Below the pieces are notes generated by a model. It saw only the letters and a list, made by a program, of their open reading frames with translations. It was not told the DNA's origin and made no database searches. A stretch of DNA of 24,244 bases, from NCBI GenBank assembly GCA_937873435.1, contig CALMWM010000063.1, positions 1-24,244 on the forward strand, written 5' to 3'. The stretch's first letter is position 1. Each line of letters opens with the position of its first letter. Positions 1-7,723 of the stretch are shown piece by piece. The position numbers and the translations under genes were made by a program. This DNA comes from an uncultured Gallionellaceae bacterium. Lineage in GTDB: Bacteria; Pseudomonadota; Gammaproteobacteria; Burkholderiales; Sulfuricellaceae.

Positions 1-2
1 GC

Positions 3-476
3 CTGGTTCTCTTCAACGACCTCTCGTTCATTTATTTCTTCTTCGAGGTGACCACCCTCTGCTCCTTCCTCCTGATCGGCCACGACCGCACCACCATTGC
101 CACCCAGAACGCCCTGCGGGCACTGTGGATGAACAGCGCCGGCGGGGCGGCCTTCATCCTGGGGATCATCGCGGTCTACCGCGAGACCGGGAGCCTGGAG
201 CTGCAGAACATCCTGCTGCCCGGGCTGGCGAGTTCGGGCGTTTACCTGCTGGCGTTGGCCCTCCTGTGCGTGGCCGCCTTCATCAAGTCGGCGCAGTTTC
301 CCTTCCAGAGCTGGCTTCTGGGGGCGATGGTGGCGCCGACCCCGGTCTCCGCCCTGCTGCACTCGAGCACCATGGTCAAGGTGGGCATCTACCTCGTTCT
401 GCGGCTGGCGCCGGGGTTCGCGGGGACCTTCCTCAGCCAGACGGTCGCGGTGTTCGGGGCCTTCAGCTTCCTCGCC
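3..476 (+). CDS. Internal fragment of a proton-translocating antiporter-like subunit (NuoL/MrpA/EchA family, most like Ech hydrogenase EchA). Open at the left edge and fused in frame to lspA.
   Basis: The frame is open from base 3. It encodes [17 protein letters not shown] and [41 protein letters not shown], which are hallmark NuoL/ND5-family motifs. Confidence 0.85.
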
Positions 477-767
477 GGCGCGGGCGGCTGGCAGCGCGGT
501 TTTTTCGCGGCCATCGCGGTGGTGGCTTCCGCCGTCATCATCCATCTGCTGCGCAAGCACCCCGAGCAGAAGCTCTTCTGCCTGGCGCTCAGCCTGATCC
601 TCGGCGGCGCGCTAGGTAATCTGTGGGATCGCCTGACCATCGGCCAAGTCGTGGATTTTCTCGATGTCTACGTCAACACCAGCCATTGGCCAGCCTTCAA
701 CATCGCCGATTCGGCCATCACGGTCGGCGCTGCGCTGATGGTGTGGGACGGCTTCAAGAACAAATGA
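459..767 (+). CDS. lspA: C-terminal part of lipoprotein signal peptidase II. The N-terminal ~55 aa are absent and replaced by the EchA-like sequence.
   Basis: [31 protein letters not shown] and [11 protein letters not shown] match LspA motifs, including the catalytic Asp residues. It is followed by fkpB with an ATGA overlap. Confidence 0.9.
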   Translation, partial: AFSFLAGAGGWQRGFFAAIAVVASAVIIHLLRKHPEQKLFCLALSLILGGALGNLWDRLTIGQVVDFLDVYVNTSHWPAFNIADSAITVGAALMVWDGFKNK

Positions 768-1186
768 CGGTTCAACCCGGCGACACCCTCACCCTGCACT
801 TCCGCCTGGCGGCACTCAACGGCGGCGAACTCGACAACACCTTCGGCGCCGAGCCGGTCGTCGTGTGCCTGGGTAGCGGCGAACTGGATGCCAACCTGGA
901 GAAATGCCTGATCGGCCTGGAACCTGGGATACGTTACGAATTCACGCTGGAACCGCAACAAGCCTTCGGCCACGACGACCCAACCTTGATCCGGCAAATT
1001 GCCAAAGCGGCATTCGTTGGCGGCGTTCCCGCCCCCGGCAGCCTGGTCGAATTCATCCAGCCCGACGGCGGAGCGCTGGCAGGGGTCATCCGGGAAATCG
1101 GGTCGGATCAGGTCGCGGTGGATTTCAATCACCCGTTGAGCGATTGCGTGGTGCGCTTCGAAGTGGAAATTCTGGCTATCGGCTAA
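764..1186 (+). CDS. fkpB: FKBP-type peptidyl-prolyl isomerase (SlpA/FkpB), 140 aa
   Basis: ATG at 764 overlaps the lspA TGA. The protein has the LHFRL..D.TF...P, LEP..AFG and VDFNHPL motifs, and sits in the conserved position after lspA. Confidence 0.88.
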   Translation: MTVQPGDTLTLHFRLAALNGGELDNTFGAEPVVVCLGSGELDANLEKCLIGLEPGIRYEFTLEPQQAFGHDDPTLIRQIAKAAFVGGVPAPGSLVEFIQPDGGALAGVIREIGSDQVAVDFNHPLSDCVVRFEVEILAIG

Positions 1187-1656
1187 GGCACGACCTGGCG
1201 GGATGCCGGAATCATCTGGTAACCGCCGGCAGTTTTCTGAATCTGGATGGACAGCGTCTTGATGCCGCAAAACGGTTCAGCCGGATTCGGACAAGGGGTC
1301 ACATTCGGACAGATTGCCGTGCTGGTAATGGTGCAAATCGCCGGAGCGGATGCTACAGAACACCCTTGAACAATAACAATATTGCATGGCGCAGGTGCTG
1401 GTGTTGTGATGCCGCCTATAAGCGGGCTAGCCAAACAATCGCCTGTTTCGAGCCCGGCCAAACAATATTTCAACCCGCTCTGCGCTGCCGCCAGCGCCAT
1501 GTTGCCGTTATGCGCCAAGCTGTTGGTCGCGCTGGAAACCACGGAGAGATTGGTCATCGCGTACAACATTGCTCCGCCCGCCACCATCAGAAAAACCACG
1601 GTTACGAGGATAAATGCGCCAGTTTGTTGGAAACGCCTCTGCATATATTTCGTCAT
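1183..1656 (-). CDS. MshP/PilX-like minor pilin, Cys-rich, 157 aa
   Basis: ATG at 1656 overlaps the upstream TGA. Class III signal QQTG|AFILVTVVFLMV has no Glu5, as in the PilX/GspK class. Motif ALAAAQSGL. Last gene of the four-gene cassette. Confidence 0.7.
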   Translation of the reverse strand: MTKYMQRRFQQTGAFILVTVVFLMVAGGAMLYAMTNLSVVSSATNSLAHNGNMALAAAQSGLKYCLAGLETGDCLASPLIGGITTPAPAPCNIVIVQGCSVASAPAICTITSTAICPNVTPCPNPAEPFCGIKTLSIQIQKTAGGYQMIPASRQVVP

Positions 1657-2480
1657 TGGAAGGTAAACGCCTTCTTGAGGATGCTCCAACCCTCCGGCGT
1701 GGCCACTTTCACATCGACCACGGCGGGTACCACGGAGGAAATGAAAGCGTTGATCGATGTGCTGTTGCCGCTTGTCAGTACGGAAGAAACTGGCATGGTG
1801 CCGGACATGAAGGTCACGCTGGAGACTATCCCGTTCCCCAGCCCTGGAAAATAACCGCCGACCGAAACCGCAATAGTAGCGCTTACCGCCCCGGTAACCG
1901 GCGAGATGGACGCGGCGTAAGGCCCATTGACGTAGCTGTACAGCGTGCTCGAAACCGGGATGACGACGGGATCGTTGAACCCCGCGGTAAATTTGAAATC
2001 CAGATTGAGGCGACTGCGCTGGCTGCTGCCGACCGCACTGACATAGCCAAACGGACAGGTGCTGCCGGTGGGCAGCGTGACGTTGTCCAGCAGCGCGCCA
2101 CTCCCGCTTACCCAGGGCGTGGACACCAAGATCTGCCTGCTGTTAAGCAGCCAGTAGTATCTGACCGTCTCGCTTGCCACCACTTCGCTGTTCGCCCCGC
2201 TTACCCCGCTGGCCGTCGCCATGGTGAATTCGCAACCCGAAGCAAAGAGCACCGGAATAGCCGTTCCTTCGATGAGTGAATGGCGAAAATCCTCGCTCAA
2301 ACGCCACAATGCCGCCTCGCGCGGAGAAAGCGCCTGTTCCGCCTGGACGCCGACCAGGTAGGAAGGTGCGAGCTTGCTAATCAGCAGGCCGCCGACCGCA
2401 GCCATCGAAACGAACAGCACGATGGTGACGACCATTTCGATCAGGGTGAAGCCTTTCGCGGGAATGCGCCTACTGCACAT
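1653..2480 (-). CDS. MshO/PilW-like minor pilin with a putative C-terminal IPT/TIG Ig-like domain, 275 aa
   Basis: KG|FTLIEMVVTIVL prepilin motif. AALWRLSEDFRHSL resembles the MshO helix. The C-terminus ISPVTG...VTF...VDVKVATPEG...FTF is TIG-like. Confidence 0.75.
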   Translation of the reverse strand: MCSRRIPAKGFTLIEMVVTIVLFVSMAAVGGLLISKLAPSYLVGVQAEQALSPREAALWRLSEDFRHSLIEGTAIPVLFASGCEFTMATASGVSGANSEVVASETVRYYWLLNSRQILVSTPWVSGSGALLDNVTLPTGSTCPFGYVSAVGSSQRSRLNLDFKFTAGFNDPVVIPVSSTLYSYVNGPYAASISPVTGAVSATIAVSVGGYFPGLGNGIVSSVTFMSGTMPVSSVLTSGNSTSINAFISSVVPAVVDVKVATPEGWSILKKAFTFQ

Positions 2481-2865
2481 CGAAGCTATCCCCGGTGAGC
2501 GTTACGCAACTGGCGCAAAAGGCGGCACTCACCGTGACGGTGAGATGCACCCCGGAAGCCACGCTAACTCCGCCGACTATGGAAGACTCGCCGGCAATGG
2601 CGGCCCAATAAGCGGTGCCATCCACGTTGAATGTCGGTGCGGTGCCGGACGCCGCCACTGCCGACTGAAACGAGCCGGACAACAGATAATCCATTTGACC
2701 GGAGGCGATATTCTCCATGGCGACGACTTGCAGCGGCGAAGTGGTGTTTTTCATTACAGAAGAAAAAGCCGAAAAAAAACCGGTAGCGATCACCGCAAGC
2801 ACGACGATGCCCACGACCAACTCGACGAGAGAAAATCCCAGCTGTCTTCTGTGGCTAGCTGCCAA
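2470..2865 (-). CDS. MshD/PilV-like minor pilin. Start is uncertain: TTG at 2865 preferred, ATG at 2913 possible.
   Basis: RRQLG|FSLVELVVGIVVLAVIA prepilin motif with Glu5. TTG at 2865 overlaps the end of the upstream gene and has AGGA ~10 nt upstream. Confidence 0.75.
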   Translation of the reverse strand: MAASHRRQLGFSLVELVVGIVVLAVIATGFFSAFSSVMKNTTSPLQVVAMENIASGQMDYLLSGSFQSAVAASGTAPTFNVDGTAYWAAIAGESSIVGGVSVASGVHLTVTVSAAFCASCVTLTGDSFDVQ

Positions 2866-3295
2866 GATGGGCGAATCCTGTAGGTTCGAGAACAACGGTA
2901 TAGCGCACCGCACCGTTTTCCACTATGCTGAAAGTCGCTCCTGCCTGCGAGATGCCGCCCGCACCGTAAGTAACCGTACCGGTGGATAGCGAAATACTGG
3001 AATTCAGTCTTACCCTGTAATCGCTGTAGGCTTCATTGGCAAGCGGGACGACTGTTCCAGTCTTATCCTTAACCGTTATTTGTGGGTCAATAGCTGCGAT
3101 CACCACACTAGCCCCTCCCTGCCGCTGCGCCAGCACCTGAGCATACTGCAATGCCGCCAGCAATCGATCCGCCGCAGTGCGCGCCGCGAACTCGCCCGCA
3201 CCCACGCGCGGGATCGCAGACGCGGCCAGCACGACCACGATCACCGTGACGGCAACGAATTCAACCAGAGTAAATCCGCTTTGTTTGTTCGACAT
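2855..3295 (-). CDS. MshC/FimT/GspH-like minor pilin, 146 aa
   Basis: KQSG|FTLVEFVAVTVIVVVLAASAIPR prepilin motif. AADRLLAALQYAQ..A is typical of MshC/FimT. Confidence 0.78.
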   Translation of the reverse strand: MSNKQSGFTLVEFVAVTVIVVVLAASAIPRVGAGEFAARTAADRLLAALQYAQVLAQRQGGASVVIAAIDPQITVKDKTGTVVPLANEAYSDYRVRLNSSISLSTGTVTYGAGGISQAGATFSIVENGAVRYTVVLEPTGFAHLGS

Positions 3296-3494
3296 AGCTT
3301 GTCTTTATCATGCACCAAAATGAAATTCTACCGGTAATCCGCCCAAGTTAATTGTAAGCATTTCGTAAGATGATGACATATCTCGTACATCAGAAATGCC
3401 TAATTAGCCATCATCCAGACGACATGTTATATTCATGTCCGGGAGAATAATAATAATCTTTTTATCACCAAAATTAATTAAGAGGGTACAAGAG
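3296..3494. promoter_or_regulatory. AT-rich divergent promoter region between the pilin cassette and the small ORF-sqr unit
   Basis: Non-coding and visibly AT-rich, between divergent starts. Contains inverted repeats GCATTTC-N28-GAAATGC (3358-3399) and GACATG-N7-CATGTC (3421-3439). Confidence 0.65.
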
Positions 3495-3710
3495 ATGACA
3501 ATGAGCAAGACGGAGAAAAAGAACTGGCAGTTACAGGATGGCGTCCAGATGGATGCCGCTACGGCCGGTGAGGTGGCAAAAATCGCCTGTGCGCTGAAAT
3601 CGCTTTCTGTGTATGCCGCACTGGCCTACGAGCAGGACGATGTTCCCGCGGATTTGCAGCCCCTGGTCGACGACGGGCTGGAAGCAATGCAAAAAATCTT
3701 TAAGTGGTAA
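3495..3710 (+). CDS. Small hypothetical protein, 71 aa (or 69 aa from ATG 3501), directly upstream of sqr
   Basis: GAGGG SD 8 nt before ATG 3495, host-like GC3 codon usage, and a stop immediately followed by the sqr SD. Confidence 0.75.
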   Translation: MTMSKTEKKNWQLQDGVQMDAATAGEVAKIACALKSLSVYAALAYEQDDVPADLQPLVDDGLEAMQKIFKW

Positions 3711-3726
3711 GAGGAGAATACTGAGT

Positions 3727-4995
3727 ATGGCACATATCGTAATTATGGGAGCAGGCATCGGCGGCATGTCGATGGCGTATGAAATGCGCGAGGCAGTTCG
3801 CCCAGAAGACAAGGTCACCGTTATTTCCGATTCACCGACCTTCCAGTTCGTCCCCTCCAACCCTTGGGTGGCCGTCAACTGGCGCACCAAGGAAGACATC
3901 ACCATTCCCATCGCGCCCTATTTCGAGCGCAAGAACATCGGTTTCGTGCCTACCGCCGCCAAGCGCGTGCACCCGGAAAAAAACCAGGTGGAACTGGCAG
4001 ACGGCCGTTTCATCGACTATGACTTCCTGGTGATCGCCACCGGGCCGAAACTGGCTTTCGACGAAGTCGAGGGTGCCGGCCCCGGCAAGAACAGCCACTC
4101 CATCTGCCACGTCGACCATGCAGTCGAAGCCGGCAAGGCATGGGATGCTTTCGTCAAGGACCCCGGCCCGATCGTAGTCGGTGCGGTACAAATGGCCTCC
4201 TGCTACGGCCCGGCCTATGAATACGCGATGATCATGGACACCGACTTGCGCAAGCGCAAGATCCGCGACAAGGTGCCGATGACTTACGTCACCGCCGAAC
4301 CCTACATCGGCCACCTCGGCCTGGGCGGCGTGGGCGACTCGAAGGGGATGATGGAATCGGTGATGCGCGATCGTCACATCAAGTGGATCTGCAACGCCAA
4401 GGTCAGCAAAATCGAGCCGGGCAAGATGTTCGTCACAGAACACGACGAAATGGGCAACGTCAAGAAAGAACACGAGCTGCCGTTCAAGCACTCGATGATG
4501 CTGCCGGCGTTCAAGGGTATCGACGCGGTATTCGGCATCGAAGGGTTGGTCAACCCGCGCGGCTTCATCCTGATCGACCCGTACCAGCGCAATCCGAAAT
4601 ACAACAACATCTATTCGGTCGGCGTATGCGTCGCCATCCCGCCGGTGGAAGCCACCCCGGTACCGACAGGCACCCCGAAAACCGGCTACATGATCGAATC
4701 CATGGTCACCGCCACCGCGCACAACATCCGCGCAGTGCTCGACGGCAAGGAACCCGATCAAAAAGGCACCTGGAACGCCATCTGCCTGGCCGATTTCGGC
4801 GACACCGGCGCGGCTTTCGTGGCCATGCCGCAGATTCCGCCGCGCAACGTCAACTGGTTCAAGGAAGGCAAGTGGGTGCACTTGGCCAAGATCGCCTTCG
4901 AGAAATACTTCATCCGCAAGATGAAGAAAGGCACCACCGAGCCGATTTACGAGAAGTATGTACTCGGCGTGCTGGGCATTAAAAAGCTCAAATAA
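3727..4995 (+). CDS. sqr: Sulfide:quinone oxidoreductase, type I (SqrA-like), 422 aa
   Basis: GAGGAG SD at 3711-3716. GAGIGG FAD-binding motif, FVPSNPWVAV, HSICH, ASCYGPAYE, PKTGYMIESM, WNAICLADFGD and the C-terminal KIAFEKYF amphipathic segment. Confidence 0.95.
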   Translation: MAHIVIMGAGIGGMSMAYEMREAVRPEDKVTVISDSPTFQFVPSNPWVAVNWRTKEDITIPIAPYFERKNIGFVPTAAKRVHPEKNQVELADGRFIDYDFLVIATGPKLAFDEVEGAGPGKNSHSICHVDHAVEAGKAWDAFVKDPGPIVVGAVQMASCYGPAYEYAMIMDTDLRKRKIRDKVPMTYVTAEPYIGHLGLGGVGDSKGMMESVMRDRHIKWICNAKVSKIEPGKMFVTEHDEMGNVKKEHELPFKHSMMLPAFKGIDAVFGIEGLVNPRGFILIDPYQRNPKYNNIYSVGVCVAIPPVEATPVPTGTPKTGYMIESMVTATAHNIRAVLDGKEPDQKGTWNAICLADFGDTGAAFVAMPQIPPRNVNWFKEGKWVHLAKIAFEKYFIRKMKKGTTEPIYEKYVLGVLGIKKLK

Positions 4996-5018
4996 GCAAA
5001 AAGTTGTTGCACTCCGAG

Positions 5019-5047
5019 AAGGGCGGCTCAGGCCGCCCTTTTCTTTG
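5019..5047 (+). terminator. Intrinsic terminator of sqr, possibly bidirectional
   Basis: AAGGGCGGC-TCAG-GCCGCCCTT stem followed by TTCTTTG, 24 nt after the sqr stop and between convergent genes. Confidence 0.85.
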
Positions 5048-5100
5048 TCCGTTGCGGCAGGAAAGCTTGGCCTCTGTTGTGGCGCAAGAACTGCCCTCCC

Positions 5101-5994
5101 TTACGCCCACAACCAGGCTGCCCCCCTCACCCCGCTCGAATCACCGTATCGATTCGCCGCCAGGCGGGTCTCCACACAGTCGGAAAAAACGTATTGCCCC
5201 CAGCGCCGGGGAACTTCGCGGTACAAGCGCCGGATATTCGACATTCCCCCGCCGAGCACGATCACGTCGGGATCGAGGATATTCACGACATGCGCCAAGG
5301 CCCGCGCCAGCCGGTCTTCGTAGCGTTCCAGCGTGGCATTGCAAGCGGGATTGCCCGCGTCGGCGCCAGCCACGATGGCCACCGCGTCCAGCACACCGCC
5401 ATGAAGCCGGGCATAATCCGCCGCGATGCCCGGACCGGAGAGGAAGGTTTCGATGCATCCCTGCTTGCCGCAATAGCAGGCAGGCCCGGGCAAATCTTCG
5501 GCATCCGGCCAGGGTAGCGGATTGTGACCCCATTCCCCGGCAATACGGTTGGGGCCGGTGAGTATCCGGCCGTGAACAACGATACCGCCGCCCACGCCGG
5601 TGCCGAGGATCACCCCGAACACCACTTCCGCGCCTGCCGCTGCGCCGTCCAACGCTTCGGACAAGGCGAAGCAGTTGGCATCGTTGGCTATTTTTACCTG
5701 CCTGCCGAGCAGGGACTCCAGATCGCGCTGGATGGGCTGGCCGTTGAGTTGGGTAGAGTTGGAATTCCTGAGCAGGCCGCTGCATGGAGAAATCGCGCCT
5801 GGGGTACCGATGCCCACAGTGCCTTGCATATCCAGCACCGCCTCGGCCCCGGCAACGAGGCCGGCTATCGCCGCCAGGGTCGCGGGATAATTGCCGCGCG
5901 GGGTAGCGACGCGGCGGCGCAACAATTCGTTGCCGCCCTCGTCGAGCGCGACGATTTCGATCTTGGTGCCGCCCAGATCGATGCCCAGCCGCAT
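5101..5994 (-). CDS. mak: ROK-family sugar kinase (Mak/fructokinase-like), 297 aa
   Basis: GIDLGGTK, NDANCFALSEA, GTGVGGG, AGEWGH and the Zn-binding CYCGKQGCIE motif. Confidence 0.85.
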   Translation of the reverse strand: MRLGIDLGGTKIEIVALDEGGNELLRRRVATPRGNYPATLAAIAGLVAGAEAVLDMQGTVGIGTPGAISPCSGLLRNSNSTQLNGQPIQRDLESLLGRQVKIANDANCFALSEALDGAAAGAEVVFGVILGTGVGGGIVVHGRILTGPNRIAGEWGHNPLPWPDAEDLPGPACYCGKQGCIETFLSGPGIAADYARLHGGVLDAVAIVAGADAGNPACNATLERYEDRLARALAHVVNILDPDVIVLGGGMSNIRRLYREVPRRWGQYVFSDCVETRLAANRYGDSSGVRGAAWLWA

Positions 5995-5998
5995 GGAT

Positions 5999-6346
5999 TC
6001 AAGCCGGCTTTTCGCCGACTTTCAGGGTGCGTTCCAGCGTGCTGCCGTCGGCCTTCTTGTGTTCGTCGAGCACGTAAACCAGGTAGCGCAGGATGGCAAT
6101 CGGGGTGCCGATATGAATCGTCGTGGGCTGCGCGATTTTGGTTCCGCCAACTAGGGTGCCGTTGGTGCTGCCGAGGTCTTCGACCGTCAGTTCGGGGGAC
6201 AGGGTGATTTTGGCATGGACACCGCTCACCGACGGGTTGTCGATCTGGATGTCGTTCTCGGCGTTGCGCCCGATGGTCACTACCGCCTTGTCGGTCAGCA
6301 AGTCGCGCTGGATGAAGCCATCCAGCATTAGCACGATTCTTTTCAT
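5999..6346 (-). CDS. Small stand-alone FHA-domain protein, 115 aa
   Basis: GAGG SD before ATG 6346. Motifs IGR, VSGVHA and DLGSTNGT. Confidence 0.85.
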   Translation of the reverse strand: MKRIVLMLDGFIQRDLLTDKAVVTIGRNAENDIQIDNPSVSGVHAKITLSPELTVEDLGSTNGTLVGGTKIAQPTTIHIGTPIAILRYLVYVLDEHKKADGSTLERTLKVGEKPA

Positions 6347-6429
6347 CTGTTTAACCTCGTTCCACCGTGAATCCAATCTGAATCCGACATAATTTGGAAT
6401 AAAAGCAGACTACATGCTGCGTTGGTTTG

Positions 6430-6458
6430 CTCCCTCTCCCGCCTGCGGGAGAAGGGAG
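6430..6458. repeat. REP-like GC-rich palindrome
   Basis: CTCCCTCTCCCGC-CT-GCGGGAGAAGGGAG is a near-perfect inverted repeat in the DUF1841-FHA intergenic gap and has no U-tract. Confidence 0.6.
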
Positions 6459-6518
6459 TCCCCGACCCAGCGTTTTCACTACAAGGATAACTGATTTGAC
6501 CGGCGCTTGCCCAGCACC

Positions 6519-6944
6519 TCAGCCATGCCGCTCCAGGCACTCGAAATACACCGCCGGGTCGGGCGGCGTGCGGTGGCGTTGCGCCTGCCACAGCATTTCG
6601 CCCAGGCATTCCTGGAGGATATGCTCGGCGGCGTGCTCGTCGCCGATTTTGGCCAGCAGGCGCTGGTAATGCGCGACGATACCGCGCGGCTGGTCGATGG
6701 AAAGCTGCTCGCGGATCGCGAGGTGCATACTGAGGTGCAGGAACGGGTTGGCCTCGCCGTTTTCCGGGAGGTAGTCGCGCTCCAGGTAGTGCTCGGGATT
6801 GTCGAGCTGGGGGTGGTATTCGGGATGGAGCAGCATCACTGCCAGCGCCATCCGCTCCAGGTCGGTGAGCGCGGCGCCGTCGCACTGCTTGCGCCAGGTG
6901 TCGAAGAGGAAGCGACGCGCCTGGTCGCGGCTGGGGCTAAACAT
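6519..6944 (-). CDS. DUF1841-family protein, 141 aa
   Basis: MF.PSRDQARRF, HPEYH, NPFLHLSMHLAI.EQ.SIDQP.GI pattern. Overlaps the nth stop. Confidence 0.8.
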   Translation of the reverse strand: MFSPSRDQARRFLFDTWRKQCDGAALTDLERMALAVMLLHPEYHPQLDNPEHYLERDYLPENGEANPFLHLSMHLAIREQLSIDQPRGIVAHYQRLLAKIGDEHAAEHILQECLGEMLWQAQRHRTPPDPAVYFECLERHG

Positions 6945-7578
6945 TCAGGGTGGCCTTTCCTTTGAATTCACAAAGATCGTGGATGATGCAGGTGCCGCAG
7001 TCCGGCTTGCGCGCCTTGCACACGTAGCGCCCGTGCAGGATCAGCCAGTGGTGGGCATGGCGGCGGAACTGCGGCTCGACCGCCTTGAGCAGTTTATCCT
7101 CGACTTCCCGCACGGTTTTGCCGGGCGCCAGGCCGATGCGGTTGGCGACACGGAAGATGTGGGTATCCACCGCGATGGTTTCCTCGCCGAAAGCGGTGTT
7201 GAGGATCACGTTGGCGGTCTTGCGCCCGACACCCGGCAACGCTTCCAGCGCAACGCGATCATGCGGCACCTCGCCGTTATGGCGCGCAAGCAACTGACGG
7301 CAGGTTTCGATCAGGTGCTTGGCTTTGCTGCGATACAGGCCGATGGTGCGGATATAGCTCTCCAGCCCTTCCTGCCCCAAATCGAGGATGGACTGCGGCG
7401 TCGCGGCAACCGGAAACAGCCTGGCGGTGGCGAGATTGACGCTCTTGTCCGTGGCTTGCGCGGACAGCAGCACCGCCACCAGCAACTCGAATGGGGTGCG
7501 GTAGTGCAGTTCGGTGGTCGGCTCGGGATTGGCAGCTTGCAAGCGCTGGAAAATAGCGCGTCGTTTGGCGGCGTTCAT
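6937..7578 (-). CDS. nth: Endonuclease III, 213 aa
   Basis: LLSAQATD, HhH LPGVGRKTANV, VDTH and the Fe-S cluster motif C.ARKP.C..C.I.DLC. Confidence 0.97.
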   Translation of the reverse strand: MNAAKRRAIFQRLQAANPEPTTELHYRTPFELLVAVLLSAQATDKSVNLATARLFPVAATPQSILDLGQEGLESYIRTIGLYRSKAKHLIETCRQLLARHNGEVPHDRVALEALPGVGRKTANVILNTAFGEETIAVDTHIFRVANRIGLAPGKTVREVEDKLLKAVEPQFRRHAHHWLILHGRYVCKARKPDCGTCIIHDLCEFKGKATLNV

Positions 7579-7723
7579 GGATTTTAGCTTACCACAAACC
7601 GCCGATTAAGGCGTCTCGCCCGGCACATGGACAACTTGCAATGCGCCTGATAATCCCTTCCGCGCCGTGCCCTCTTTCGGTCATAATGATAAATCTCAAC
7701 CCGATAGCCTTTCTGGACGACTT

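Noticed and set aside
3431-3448. ATTC...GAAT dyad upstream of the sqr unit as a SqrR box
   Set aside because: The spacer is 10 nt, whereas the SqrR motif as I recall it has 8, and 4-bp arms arise easily in AT-rich DNA.
7621-7640. GGCAC...TTGCA resembling a sigma54 promoter for the EAL gene
   Set aside because: The spacing is wrong, several nt longer than GG-N10-GC.
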